NCBI RefSeq assembly: GCF_009834535.1
Contig: NC_045707.1
Location: forward strand, 57,972,001 to 58,036,000
Length of the DNA: 64,000 nucleotides
From: Camelus ferus
Taxonomy: Eukaryota
Direction: 5' to 3'
Part shown: in pieces, positions 1-13,245 of the stretch
Layout of the letters: each line of letters starts with the position of its first letter
Position numbering within the stretch: the first letter of the stretch is position 1
Notes under the pieces: generated by a model
What the model was told of the DNA's origin: nothing
Databases searched by the model: none
The model's input: only the letters and a program-made list of their open reading frames with translations
Program-made: the position numbers and the translations under genes

Positions 1-129
1 AATTATGTCAAAGTGAAGTTACCCAAAAGATTCTGGAAAATAAAATATAATATTTTATTAAAAATTAAAAGTAAAATTATTATTAAAAAGTAAAAATAAA
101 AGAGAAGAAGATAAAAGCAAATCTCAAAA

Positions 130-376
130 AAAAAAAAAAGAAGACAACCAGAGCAAGGAAAAGGAAATATGAGATTGTTCTGGCCCCAAAACTAAGAGAA
201 TAAAATATCCCAGGAAAGAGAGTCAACAGCATTAAATCTGCTAAAAGGTCAAGTAAGGTAAGGACTGAAAATATCCTTTAGACCAGGAACACAGACACAT
301 TAGTGATCATGAGAACTGGTTTGGGTGGAGTTACAAAATGGAAGCGAGAGTAGAAAGGGTTAAGAAGTAAATGAGC
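130..376 (-). mobile_element. L2 LINE fragment, interrupted by the L1 at 377 and resuming near 1190
   Basis: Purine-rich degenerate sequence such as 'aaatctgctaaaaggtcaagtaaggtaaggactgaaaa' resembling the antisense L2 consensus. Confidence 0.6.
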
Positions 377-1100
377 CATAATGAGATGTCACTTCATACC
401 CACTAGGATGGTTAATATCAAAAGGCAAACAATAATATGTGTTAGCAAGGACGCAGAGAAATTGGAACCCTCATACACTGCTAGTGGGATTGTTAAACAG
501 TGCAGCCACTTTGGAAAACAATTTAGCAGTTACTTCTTAAGAATGTTAATTGTACAGTTACTAGGTGACCTAGTAATTCTACTTTTAGGTTACATACCCA
601 AAAGAAATGAACACATATGTTCACATAAAAATTTGTACACGGATAGTCCTAGAAACATTATTCATAATAGTGAAAAACAATTCAAATGTCCATCAACTGA
701 TAATATGGATAAACAAAATGTGATATATCTATGCAACAGAATGCTATTTGGTCAAAAAGGAATGCAGTTCTGATACACAGAACAGTATGGAAGAACCCTG
801 AAAACATCCTCTCAAACAAAAGACCCCAGGCACAAAAGACCACATATTGTATGCTCCCATTTATATAATATGTCCAAATTAGGCAAATCCATACAAGCAG
901 AAAGGGTATTAGTAGGAGAGGGGAAAGGGGAGTGACAGCTACATGATAGTGGGTTTCTTTTGGGAGTGATGAAAATATTCCAAAATTGATTGGGATGGTG
1001 GTTGTACAACACCGTGAATATACTATACAGCACTGAATTTTACACTTTAAAAGTGTGCATTTTATGCTGTGTGAATTATATCTTCACAAAGCTGTTTAAT
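377..1100 (+). mobile_element. Old L1 (L1MB/MC-type), ORF2 C-terminus plus 3' UTR
   Basis: ORF 381-773 resembles the decayed L1 ORF2 C-terminus (MRCHFIPTRM..., QFKCPSTD); 3' end 'gtgtgaattatatcttcacaaagctgtt'. Confidence 0.85.
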
Positions 1101-2006
1101 TCTAAAAGATAATTAATGTTAAGGTCCTTACATTTCTAAATCAATAAATGTTTTTTAAATCTTCTCTTTGCATTAAACCAGGAAAAAGAAGTGTTAAAGA
1201 AATAGAGCTAACTAAATTAGATATCTGTATAACACTTGTCTGTGAAAGGTAGGGGAGATGGGGTTACAATGGAAAGGTAGTGAAAAGTGCCTCTTTGGAT
1301 TTTGAATACAGGAGAGGACATTTAGAACAGTAAACAGCTCTATTTAAACAGGCCCTCAGTGTGAAAATGCGCCTAGTGATATGCGCAATAACTGTATGAT
1401 ATTTTCAATTTTCCAGAGATTGCCTATTTTTTCAAACTAATATTTATATTTTTATCCTTTCCAGCATTAGAAAGTGTGCTAGAACTCAAAAATCTTGAGA
1501 ACCATTGGACCAGTCTTGCTGTGCCCCAGATCTCCCCAGAGATACTGCATTTCGGATCCTGAATCGATCCCAGCACCTAGAACCATAGCACTCTCCAAGG
1601 CCAGTTCTCAGACCCTAGAATTCCAAGTGTCACCAACCCTGGCCTTACCAGTCCTGGTCTTCACCTACTGAGTTAACAGAACTTCATATTCACCTTTGTA
1701 TTACTGCCAGTTATCACTTATGCCATGACTGAAATTGCAGCTTTTACTTCAACCATCTTGATCTCCAGAACAAGATGCCTCAGTTCACAGCGGTTACTGG
1801 GGCAATTCTCCCAGCACAGGAGCATTTATAAGCATTGATCCCATCTCCCACCCTAGTCTCTAGCCTATCTTAGTTAACTGGTTATTCCATGAAGATCCCC
1901 AGGATCTAATTAATGATATTCCTATGCTCACTTACTTAAGCTTAAAAACTCTCTGAAATCTTGGACTCTTCTCTTATTGTTCAGAATCAGTCAGTGAATT
2001 AATCAC

Positions 2007-2412
2007 TGTGGTAGTTCTTTCTTCTCTTTGGCAGTATTCAGATCTCCTCCACTATCAGGCACATAGAACAATTGCAGTCCCCAATCCCATGATGTTGGCA
2101 TGACCATGTCATTTCCTTAGGTCAATAAAATGGTAGCAAAAGTTATCTTCCAATAGAAGGATTTACTTGGTAGCTCCTGGTTTTCTAGCTCATTCTTCTC
2201 CTGTCACAGTGATCAAAAAGTCCTTGTTGATATGATTATCATAAGGTCAAAGAGTCCCATAATACTGAGCCAGCACAGACAGGACACCTGCCTGAAGAGT
2301 CACCTAAATCTGCAAAGTATATACACAAGACATACATTTATGTTGTATCAAGCATGTGAGACTATGAGTTTGCTTGTTAATAAAGTATAGCTATGGCTAT
2401 CCTGATATCATC
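2007..2412 (+). mobile_element. MaLR (MLT1-type) solo LTR
   Basis: Starts tgtggtag; MLT1-like motifs 'catgaccatgtcatttcctt..gtcaataaaatg' and terminal 'ttgttaataaagtatagc..tatcctgat..ca'. Confidence 0.6.
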
Positions 2413-2429
2413 ACCAAGTTCTATCTAAC

Positions 2430-2870
2430 TGAATATATACAAGTGTATTTATACATCATCAGTGATGATGAAAAACTAGAAACAACTCCAGTATCACCAA
2501 TAAAGGATTGGCTGAACAAATTATGGTACAAAGGAATAGTGTGCAGTTACTGGGAGGAAACATGTAATGACATTGAAAGATATTCAAGATATACTACTAA
2601 GATGGAAAAAGAAGTCAGTTGCAAAATAGCATATATAATGTGATTGCACTTTTGTAAAAAGAAATATATATGCATATATATAACAAATATGATATATACA
2701 TGTAAATATGGATAGAGGCTATATGCTATTAATATTACTATATGCAGGGTAAAAATCTGTAAGCATGTTTTAAATTTATAGGATATTTTTGCTGTTTAAT
2801 GTTTCTGTATTGTTAGAATTTTTTTAAACAAGGATCACAGTTTACTTTTATAAACAGAAAAATATATATA
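2430..2870 (+). mobile_element. Ancient L1ME-type 3' fragment
   Basis: 'aaaactagaaacaact..caataaaggattggctgaacaaattatggtac' is typical of L1M 3' regions. Confidence 0.6.
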
Positions 2871-3689
2871 ACATATTTAATATGACAGTCATATCTTGCC
2901 CTTCTTTCTATTTTATCACCTTCAAAGTTCATACATAAGTTTAAAAAAAAAAATAACCCTAAGTAAGAACATACAGTGTCTTTATTTGGTTTGATTTTTT
3001 TCTTTTCATTTCATTTGTTTAAAAATACATATTTAGCAGCAGAGCATGGACATGATATTCTACTTGCTTATTTCTATCCCTGAATTCTATGAGATAATTC
3101 AAAATTACTTTATTGATGTATTATATTCAGTGCTTTAAATGCCACTTTATTTAGTTATTTGGTTCATCTTGAGAATTCTTTGTTAGACTATGTGAAATGT
3201 ATGCATTCCAGGTTTGCTTTTGTCATCCAACATTGCAGTGCTACTGGTTAATGTTTTAATTAGGCAATAACTTCGGGCAAAGGAACAGTTCGCCACATAG
3301 CTGATAGTTTGTTGTGTCCAAAGTTAATGTTTAAAAATGTAAAATTTTAACGAAATTTTAGAATAGGTTTATTTTTATAAGATTCATTTAATTCTCAGTG
3401 TAAATTTCACTTGTCAAATCTATGTAATTCTCTTTTAATAAGAATTACTATTCTCAATTACTGTAAATATAATAAATAGGAGGAATGAATTATCATTTTA
3501 TATACCTCATTGGCAGTGATGTTTCTAGTACTTCAACCTAAAAAATACCACATGGGGGCCTTATTTAAGCTACTAACCATGTGAAAAATGCAAATTGCAG
3601 GGGGGTCATTAAGGGGGTAGAAAATTTTTTCACTTGTTCATATTGGTTCAACCAGTGAACTATTTTAGGAAGCTTTTCACCCTAGAGTC

Positions 3690-3900
3690 ACAAAAACAGG
3701 CTCGGATTGCCTGGATTCAAATTCCAGCTCAGTCATTCACTGACCATGTGACCTCAGACAAGCTACTCTACTTCTTTATCTGCAAAATGGGGATAATCAT
3801 AGTTCATAATCACAGGGTTATTGTGTGGATTAAATGAGAAAATCCAGACAATGCCTTTAGCCTGGTGCCTGTCATTTGGTGACAGTTCAGTAAACAGCTG
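3690..3900 (+). mobile_element. MIR SINE
   Basis: Core 'ctggattcaaattccagctc...tgtgacctcagacaag...atctgcaaaatggggataat'. Confidence 0.85.
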
Positions 3901-4569
3901 CTGCTAGTTAGTAACGCTGCTTGTTGATAATGATATTTATATTGAAATTTCTGCTGTTTTTTGTGGTATGTTGATTTTTTACTGGGTCTTATCAGGAATA
4001 TTTCTCTTGACGGTAATGTCCATCTAGCAATAAACTAAAAATATCAGTTAAAAGTCTCATTTTTGGACGCAATTTTTATTTTTTAGTTTTCCCACTGAGA
4101 CAAAGTCTACAATAATCTTAATAGAAAACCAAGGCTTTAATATCTTACTAAGTCTTAGAGAGAAAGTACCCAAGAATCACTTGACTTAGTACATTGGAGT
4201 TTACTCTTGGTTTACTCTAGAAATGCAGTAACAAGGATCAAAACTGAACAAGAGAAATCAGAACCTTAATTAAGTTTTTAAAATCCTTTAGAATGATGGT
4301 GCCTGTGTTACCTTGCTATAGCTAGCATCTCCTTTTTAAACTACTGTAATATTATATTAGTACACTTGTAATCATTTAGAAAATCAGATTAGCTGTAAAG
4401 TGTCCATAATCAGCAACATTCTTTCAGGAAATCTGTTTTACACATTTTTTTCCTTCAGAGCGTGCATTCTTTCCCTGCTCCATCACACTTCAGTGGCTGT
4501 CAGACATGTTTTTGTAAATTTTTAATAAAATGAGTTTAAAGGACACCTCTAGTCTCTGAGGGGAAAGTC

Positions 4570-5285
4570 CAGTAACTCATTATTTCTCAAATTGATCCCT
4601 GGGAGTTTTTTAAGGGTCTGAGGGTGCTCTGTGGATATTTTTCTTTAATGTCATATGTTTAGTTTGATGTTTAAATAGTGCAATTAAAAAGAGATTGTGG
4701 AACACTTGAATGATCTTAAAACTCAATACTGCCACTCAACTTAAGTGCCTGTGTTTGTGCTTGTATTTATAACTACATTGTCAACAAAGAGTAATGCTTC
4801 AATTGTCACTAGTTGATGAGAAAAGAACAGAGATTGACTTAATACCTAAATGATGAATCTGTGCCAAGTGAAGTCCAAATGACATCATGGCAGGCTGTGT
4901 ACAAAGATTTCTTTATAGTCCAACTTGTAAAAAAAAAATGGTGGCAAAATTGAGTCATCATAAAATATGTTATAGGCATACCAAGCTCAAAAGATCCTAT
5001 CCTTCAACAGTCAGAATTCATATAATAAGTGACAATTTCCTTTCAGCAAAACCTCATCCCTCACATTAAATTAATTATCACTAACTTACATTTTATTGGT
5101 TTTGCAGTTTTGTATGAGTGTTAGTTTTGTCATTTAAGTACCATGAACAGTTAGGAGTTTAAATTTAGCTTAATATTTATATATATATACATACTTAATT
5201 AATATATTAAAAAATACATCATCAACACTGGGCAGTCCTTAGAATATATCTCAAAATGATGCTATAAAGTTTTAGAATTTCTGTA
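4570..5285 (+). mobile_element. hAT-Charlie-like DNA transposon fossil
   Basis: ORF 4887-5069 ends ...AKPHPSH*, like the HxSH C-terminus of Charlie/Buster transposases; boundaries approximate. Confidence 0.5.
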
Positions 5286-5399
5286 GCTATATGTATTTTT
5301 ATTATTTCATTTGCATTGGTCTTTAAAATGTCTTTTTCAAACCTATTTTTCCTACTAAAATTTTTAAATTAAATGCTGAAAATATCCAGCATTCTCTAT

Positions 5400-5662
5400 G
5401 GTAATAATAATAGCTAACACTCATAGTGTTTTATTATATGCCAAGCACTGTTCTAATTACTTCTCGTGTATTAACATTTTATTCATCACAACAATACTTT
5501 GAGGTACGGTAACCCCATTGCACAGATGAAGAAACTGAGGTAGAGGAAGAATAAGAAATCTGCTCAAAGTCATACAGCACATAAGTGGCAGAGTAGGGAA
5601 TTCAATCCCAGGGATTTTGCCTACAGGGCCCCTATGCTTAGCCCCTGAATTATACTACCTCT
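5400..5662 (-). mobile_element. MIR SINE
   Basis: 'cccattgcacagatgaagaaactgagg' and 'aagtcatacagc..ataagtggcagag'. Confidence 0.85.
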
Positions 5663-5726
5663 GTAATTTATACATCATTTATAATCTGTGACTCCCCTGA
5701 AGTTATTCAAATAGTAAAAATTACAT

Positions 5727-5815
5727 ATGTATGACTGAACTATTATGCTGTACACCAGAAATTGACACAACATTGTAAACTGACTATTCTTCAATTAAAA
5801 AATAATAATAATAAT
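5727..5815 (+). mobile_element. Heavily 5'-truncated young L1 3' end with (AAT)n tail
   Basis: 'actgaactattatgctgtacaccagaaattgacacaacattgtaaactgacta'; TSD aaattacat at 5718-5726 and 5816-5824. Confidence 0.85.
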
Positions 5816-6286
5816 AAATTACATTCTCACAATTTTACCTTTTAATGGTATTTAAGGTAGGACAACACATTTGATTCCTATAAGATTCCATTAGTCTTAC
5901 TTTTCAGTAATAACTTGTCTCCAACTTCCTAGCATTTCCTAAAATTGTTCCCTGAAAGTAAAAATACTGCTTATTTTTAAAATAACCACTTATTTGGACA
6001 TTTCCTTGCTTCAGCTATTTCCATCCACAGTGCCTTGGGGATACTGAGCCCAAAACATTCTGAAGATAAAGAGGGTTAAAAGTTAAAGGAACTTCAGAGT
6101 AAATTACAAGTACTTTATTAAAAGATGGGACTGAGTGGAGGAAAGTGTAAGCACTGAGTGTATTAGATATCTAATAAATACACACTTGTACTCATGTTCA
6201 GTGGTTTGGAGGAATCTATGGTGAAAAGCAAATTCAGAATCCTTACAGAGAAGAATTGGGGTGGTTACATGCAGCTATATGGTGAC

Positions 6287-6784
6287 TGTCAGTCAGGGTC
6301 ACATCAGGGAAAGGAGAGCACACTCAAATTAGGCCATCTGTAGAGAGAGTTTAATAAAGGGACTCTTTCTAAAAGAGTGAGTGGGGTCTAGGGACAGCAC
6401 AAGGGATAGGGTGGTACGTATGGCTAATCACAGGGGGACATGTTTACCATCCTAAGCCTAGACGTGTGGGCAGGGAGCAGTTATCAGAGGCAAAAGGACA
6501 GTCTTGTGGAGACAGACACCTGATGGAGGTCACAACCTTTGAAAGAGGGAAGCACCCAAGGGAGACCCCTCAGGGAAGCCACAAGGCAATAAATACCTGA
6601 TCTCCCTCTCTCCCACCTCTCTTCCACTCTTGCCTGGGCTCGCATTGTCCAAACCAAACCAGAAGTCATAGGACAAGGACACTAAAGTAGCACATACTCT
6701 CAAGCTCCTAGGGCACAGAGGAGACGGGAAAATAGTAGACATTGGATCCAGAGAGCAAAAAAAAAAATATCCCGTACCAACACA
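6287..6784 (-). mobile_element. ERVL-class solo LTR (LTR33-like)
   Basis: 'tgtcagtcagggtc..caggg..gagagtttaataaagggact' at one end and 'aaatatccc..caca' at the other; similar element at about 22530. Confidence 0.55.
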
Positions 6785-7449
6785 GCAGTTGATACAAATA
6801 TTTTACATTTAATCATCAACTCAAGCTCTTATCCCGACCTATTAAAAATAAAATACATTTTTAATTAAATAAGGTATTTGAGTATCATCAGCCAAGGATA
6901 GCAAATCACCATCATTATTCTTAGAAATATTTGTGTGAATATATACACTGAAAATGGAGTGAATATGTTCTTCCTCCTCCTAGAGACATGAATTGACACA
7001 TTTCACATTAGCATTATTTCTGGTTTCCATTCAAAAAAGTAATTTGAAATAGCATTCACAAAATTTCCCAAAGGTTGAATAACCATTATTTTTTAATTCC
7101 AGTATATCACAGCATGTTCATCCTTTCTTTCTGGCTATGACAAATGTACATTATGGGTTTTTTTCTCTCTCTCTCTCTCCCTTTCTTTCTTTCTTTCTTT
7201 CATATGCCATAAGTACAATTACAAATAATAAAATAAATTGAGAAAATTATTATAACATTAGCATCTTTAGGGCTTTTTCTTATAGCCTCTTTTCATTTCT
7301 CTTATTCCTACATTCCTTTCTCAACTTTATTATGACTAGAAGCAAACTGTAAGGGTCGTTAATCAAATAAGGACATTTATGACACACAACACTTTACACC
7401 TTTATATAGGGTTTCTATCAGTTCTGTCCAATTTGATCTGGCCATAAGA

Positions 7450-8070
7450 TCACTCATTTTGCATTCATTCATTCACTGCAAAACATTGTTCCAGGTAAGG
7501 GAGATCCACAGTGAAAATGACAGACCCCTTACCTCCCATTCTCACTGCTATGCCTTCTTCCTTCCCTGCTCCCTCAGTGAAAATAGTAATAATTGCCACT
7601 TACTGAGCACTTATTAGGTAATGTACGTGGTGATGTGTTTTTAATAGAATTAACTATTTAATTCTCACAACCTGACCTGGCAGGGAAGAGACAATATAGC
7701 ATATCGTCCCGTTCAGCGTCTAGCTCTGCAGTATACTTGCTGTGTTCCTCAAGAAAGTAACTTAACCTCAGCTAAACTAGGCATCAGTTTCTCTTTTTGG
7801 GTAAAACTGGGATAATAATAGTATCTTCCCTCTATCTGTAAATCAGGAATCATAATAGAACCTAGCACAAAGAATTCTTGTGACTTTTAAATGTTAATGT
7901 ATGTAAAGTACATAGACTGGTGCCTTGCTCAATAAATGTGAGCCATTATCATAGTTGGTGTTTTATCAATGAGGAATCTGACAGATTTAAGTTACCTGAA
8001 CATAATGACACAACTATAAAGAGACTGAGCGAGGATCTCTAAACCTTGGCCTGACTCCATGAATATCCAA
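7450..8070. mobile_element. Nested L2 and MIR fragments
   Basis: 'cattcattcattcac' L2 end, plus MIR cores in both orientations. Confidence 0.6.
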
Positions 8071-8820
8071 GTGAGGTTTTAACCGTGCCAACTACCAATC
8101 TGCAACAGATTTTGCCCTCTCAGGAAAACTGAAATAGAAAAAGAAGAAAACCATGCCCTCTGAATAGAGTTTAAAAAGCTCTTCTAAACAGTCTCATCTT
8201 TCCCAGAACAACAGTGGAGGGGGAGAGAGGAAAGATTTTCAAATAACTTACTGAAAGGAGGAGAGGGAATAAAAATGACAGAACTTTTAGAGTTAGAACT
8301 GAACAATATAGTTGGCAAAAAAATTTCATTTGCTATTTACTCATGCCTCAGGACATAGGTAATATTAAACACTCATCACATCATGCATTACAAAAAGGGC
8401 AAACTTCATGGGACTGATCATCAGACACAAGTAGACACAGTCAAAGCTTTTGCTTTTTTGCCAGTATGGCTGCCTTGAGTCAGTATTTTAGTATTTAAAA
8501 AAACTGATCATCCACACATCAAATCAGTTCATGAAATTTCTTACTTCTTACCAGTTTGCAGAATCCCAGTAAATGTGAATATTAAGCTTAGTTTTAAAAG
8601 GCAAAAAGTACATTTACTTCTAGAGGCATATTCTTCCTCATCATCGATACAGAAAAATAATTTATGTAACTCTGAATGTTGACTGCCATATCACCTCTAT
8701 ATTAAGTTAAAGCCTTCATTCTCAACAAAAGATTATTATTTCCTAAGTACTTACAGATCATAAACTGTGTATGTAGTTCCAGAGGACTTACTTAGAAACT
8801 ACTTGATATTATATATCTAT

Positions 8821-9088
8821 TAAATAAATCCTGGAGATCTAATTCACTATAGTCACAGTGTGGTGAATATAGATAATAATATTCTCTTATAAGCATCAAA
8901 CTTGCTGAGACTAGATCTTAATTATTTCCACCACAAAGAAACAGAAATGACAATTCTGTGATGTGATAGAGGTGCTAACTATCACAACAATGGCAATCAT
9001 ATTACTATATATAAATGCATCAAATCAACATGTGGTACACTTTAAACTTATACAATGATACATGTCAAATATATCAATAAAAATATAC
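8821..9088 (+). mobile_element. L1 (L1MA-like) 3' UTR fragment
   Basis: 'atcaaatcaacatgtggtacactttaaacttatacaatg..atcaataaaaa'; 13-bp TSD with one mismatch at 8808-8820 and 9089-9101. Confidence 0.85.
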
Positions 9089-10069
9089 ATTATATACCTA
9101 TCTAGCCACCACTTTATTTATTTACATGGAGTCCCAGGGATGACTTTTTTTTCCCTGCTTTGATGAACCCAGTGGTGGGAATGGGTGCCCTGGCAAGTGC
9201 AGTCCTCACTTGATAAAAATGGGTAGAAGAAACAGCTGGAGCATATGAGCGAGGCAAATAGGATGAAGTAAATATAAGTCAGCTAAACACATGGCGACAT
9301 CATCTGGGGCATTTTTGCTTGCATATGTTCACATAACATTTCAGCTAGGCTTTAACTTATGCATATCTGTGGGATAGAGGAATCTCTCAAAGAATGAAGA
9401 GACTTTATTCAAAAATGTACAGTGGAAAACTGGTCCTCACAATGGGCTTCCTTGACAGAAAATCACTGGGTCGGCAGTATGTATTCCATCACACATGATT
9501 TTCTAGGGTTTGATTCAGCTGGTCCAAGTAGGAATAACAATTAGAGCACTGTGCAAAAATAATTGCTTGCTCTGGCACTAATGACTTGCCATGGAACTAA
9601 CTGAACCAAAATCCACCGCCACCCCCACCCTAGGAAAAATGTTTAAGCAAAAGGATGTGACTATATCTTTGACTCCCATGTCTATGAATTGTGTTTAAGC
9701 ATCGGCAAGTGAAAGGCAGCCACATTTGGAGCAACGTAACAATGCAGTGCTAGCTGATGTGCCCATTGCATTTGGATAAAGAGAAATGAGAACAAAATGC
9801 GCTTGAAAAGAATTTTACTCAGACCAAGATTCTAGTTTGAGGGTGAATAAAGGATATAAAAATTTTGGTCAATGAAATAATAAAAGAATAATACATCTTG
9901 AGCTTAGAACATATAAAAGTATCCTCCATACATATAAAAATAAATTCTGCATGAAGGATGCATGTAAGGAATATGATCAAGAAACAAAGAAAACTTTTCT
10001 ATTCTACTGGGGAAATAATGGACTTATTTTGAGCATATAGGATCTGCAGTTGTCAATCATTAAGACAAA

Positions 10070-10485
10070 ATCAGTTTGGAAAATCATCTGTCAGTATGCA
10101 CTAAAGCCAACATAGCCATGCCCCATGACCTGCAATTCTACTCCTGGGTTTACAGCCAACAGAAATGGACATAATGTCCATCGAAAGATGTATACAAGAA
10201 TATTCATTCCATGTATACAAGAATACTCATAGAAAAAATACAGAAAGCAATCCAAAAGTCCATTCAAGAGTAGAACGGACAAATAGCGGTATATTTACAT
10301 GACAAAAGTACTAAAATGTAATAATAACAATGAATGGGTTTTCCTTACCTCTGGGGTGCTGGGAACATTCTGCTACTTGATCTGTTTTCTGGTTACACAG
10401 ATGTCTTCATTTTGTGAAATTTCATCAAGCTATTTATTTTTCTCTTTGCGCTTTATTTGTATTTTTCATTAAAAAGTTTACTTAA
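10070..10485 (+). mobile_element. Ancient L1ME-type fragment
   Basis: 'atgacctgcaattctactcctggg', 'aaagcaatccaaaagtccattc'. Confidence 0.7.
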
Positions 10486-10489
10486 AATA

Positions 10490-10670
10490 ATGCAGAGCAA
10501 ACTCTGGATTCAAGTCCTGACTCTATGTCTTAACAGCTGTGTGATCCTAAGCAAGTTAATCTCTCTTAGCCTCAACTTTCCAATTTGTACAGCATGGATA
10601 ATGAGTGTAATTTATAATTACATAAGCTAATGTGCCTAGCACAAAATATAAGTGTTTAATAAATTTGTGC
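10490..10670 (+). mobile_element. MIR SINE
   Basis: 'ctggattcaagtcctgactct...gctgtgtgatcctaagcaagtt'. Confidence 0.75.
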
Positions 10671-10719
10671 ATGTCATGCGGCAGGCTGATCCCTTCGTAT
10701 TGAGCTATAGAAGAAAACA

Positions 10720-11660
10720 ACCTGAGAGTTAAAATTTACATCACTGAAGAGAGGCTCATGGCAGATAAGATAAGGAAGAAGACTGTTTCAAAGGAAGAGC
10801 TATCAACAATGTCAAGTGCTGCAGAGAGGTCAAGGAAGATAAGGAGAGGAATGATTTGGCAATATGGAAGTCATTGGTGACCTTTATCTGAGCAGACTGA
10901 ACCAAGTTAGGGGCAGAAGTCAGACTGCAATGAGAGGTGAGGAAATGGAGACATCTAAGTACCTCTTTCAAGAAGTGTGGCTGTGAAGGAAAAAAATAAA
11001 GAAGGAAGGTGTCATAGGTAGAGAAGGATATGAAATTGAGATTACTTTTAATGGGAGAGACTACACGTGAAGAACCGATAGAGAGAGACGGATAACACAG
11101 GAGACAGAAAGATCAACAGATGTCTACAGGGAAGTGAGAAAATGGAAACCAAAGCACAAGATAGAGATCTTGAGCAAGAGGAAGAACATCTCTTCCCGCT
11201 CTGTCCTGGAGGAAAAAAAGAAAGGATGAGTGCAGATGCTGTATCATTAGTAGGTAGAGCAACTTCTCACCAGGTGGTTTCAATTTTCTAAATAAAGTAA
11301 AAGGAAGCATCATATGCCAAGAATGAAGGTAGAATTGATAGGATAGTGGGTAAAATGAGATTTTTAAAATATAATTAAATTAAAATAGCTGAGGAGAATG
11401 GGAGAGACTTTAACCTGAGATACAAAAAAAAAAAAAAAAAAAAAAGTCAAGCAGTATTAAGGTCCCAGCTCTGCTGTGAGCCATGACTATTTCATGGTGC
11501 CAACCTTCAAGCTCATGTGATCTCCAGCAGTACTTTACATCTCTGAGCTATTCTTACAATGACTCTACAATTATTTTTAAGATTCCAGGTGCACAGAGAT
11601 GACAGATGGTTAAACTGATTCAGGTATGAGTGTTTTGCAAGGTTACTGCAAAGGAAAGAC
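10720..11660 (-). mobile_element. L2 LINE fragment
   Basis: 'gtcaagtgctgcagagaggtcaaggaagataag..gatttggcaatatggaagtcattggtgacctt'. Confidence 0.75.
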
Positions 11661-12170
11661 TCATGCTTTCAAATGATAGAAACTCACCTCTAGCTTAAAC
11701 CTGTTTTCAAAAAAACAATCAGTCTGTATAATTGGAAATTTCAAAATATATCTGTTTCCAGTGGATTAATCACCATCATTGAAAATCTGTCTTTTTCTCC
11801 ACTTCTTGACTCTGTCCTCCTGTCTGTTGTCTTTTTTTTTTTTTTCAGGCAAACTCTTCTTTTTTGGTGGCAAAAAAGAACACTTGAATCTTAATACATT
11901 GTTCCACTAGCCATCTCCACCTCCCCAGCCCTCCAAAAAGGAGAGCATATCTTCCCTGTTAGCTTCAAAAATTACTACTGGAATGACTTCTATTCTATCT
12001 TCTTGGATAACAGGCTCACCCCTAAATCAATCATTGTGGCCCAGGAAATTCAGTGCTCTAATTGGCTACCCCTGGAGCTGGTGGGTGGGGTCAGTTCCAC
12101 TCAAACTACCTGGACTAACAGTGGGGAAAGAATTCTCAAAAAGGAAGGGATGCAGAGATTGCAAAACAGA
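11660..12170 (-). mobile_element. Old MLT1-type LTR
   Basis: 'ctcacccctaaatcaatcattgtggcccagg..gctctaattggc'. Confidence 0.55.
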
Positions 12171-12699
12171 AAAAAAAAAAAAAAAAAAAAGTATCTCAAA
12201 ATGTTATCACTTGTTCTCATTCATTTTACTTTCCTAGTGTCTCATTTGCAGTCAAACTAAACATGGTCTTTTAATGCCCAGACCTAATATTATACTCTTT
12301 ATTTTTTGAATACTCAAACCTAAATCTTGTATTTTTCACTTTCTCCTCTACATATCTTCATCAGTCTGTTCCTTACTTCTCACCCTCTATTCACCTACAT
12401 TCAAAATACTTATTAATCTTCACTTTCTTAAACCTTTCTTTGACCAAGTTAGTTTCAACATTTAAAAAGCAAAGCCATTTTTATTTTTCAATGAATTCAA
12501 TTTAATTTATTTATTAATCATTCTCAAAATGGTAATGAGTAGCAAAATCCATTTTCAAACTATCTCTTATATTTAAGGACATAGTATGAAGTAAAATGTG
12601 CAGATATCTTGCCGATGTATATTATTCCGTGCATATTTTGGTAAATTTATATTGGCAATCTAAATTTAATCGACTTAATCACAGAAGTTAATACAAATT

Positions 12700-13245
12700 G
12701 GATCTTGTTGCCTTCAATATTTTTCATTGCTCTGAATGGAAAGACCAGTCACTAACATAGCCCATGGAGCTCAGCATGGTCCAGTTCCTGCTACCCCTTG
12801 TCATATGATACCCCCTCTCATGCCCCCTCCACTGCAGCCTCACTGGTCTTCCTTTGGTTCTTCATAAATATCAAGCAACCTCCCATCACAGAGCTGTCAC
12901 ACAGGCCTGACAAGTTTTTCTTTTTTCATATTTCAGAGCTCTGCTCAAAGATCCCATCTTCAAAGGAGAAACTATCCCTGACCTCTTTGACAATATCAGT
13001 CCATGCATTAATTTTCTATTTTTGTAGCACTGTACTGGGTACCTCTCCTTGACACCTTTTGACACAGTTGGAGCTTTACAATTGATTGTGTGATTACTTC
13101 ATTATAGTCTCTCATACTGTCTATATTATAAATACCAAGAAAGATAGAGACTGTCTAGTTTTGCTCACTGTTGTATCCCTAATACCCAATACATTGTTTT
13201 GCACATTCTCGGTGCTCAATAAAATGAACTCATGTTTAATGACCC
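12700..13245 (+). mobile_element. L2 3' end
   Basis: 'ttgctcactgttgtatccctaatacc...gtgctcaataaa'. Confidence 0.65.
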
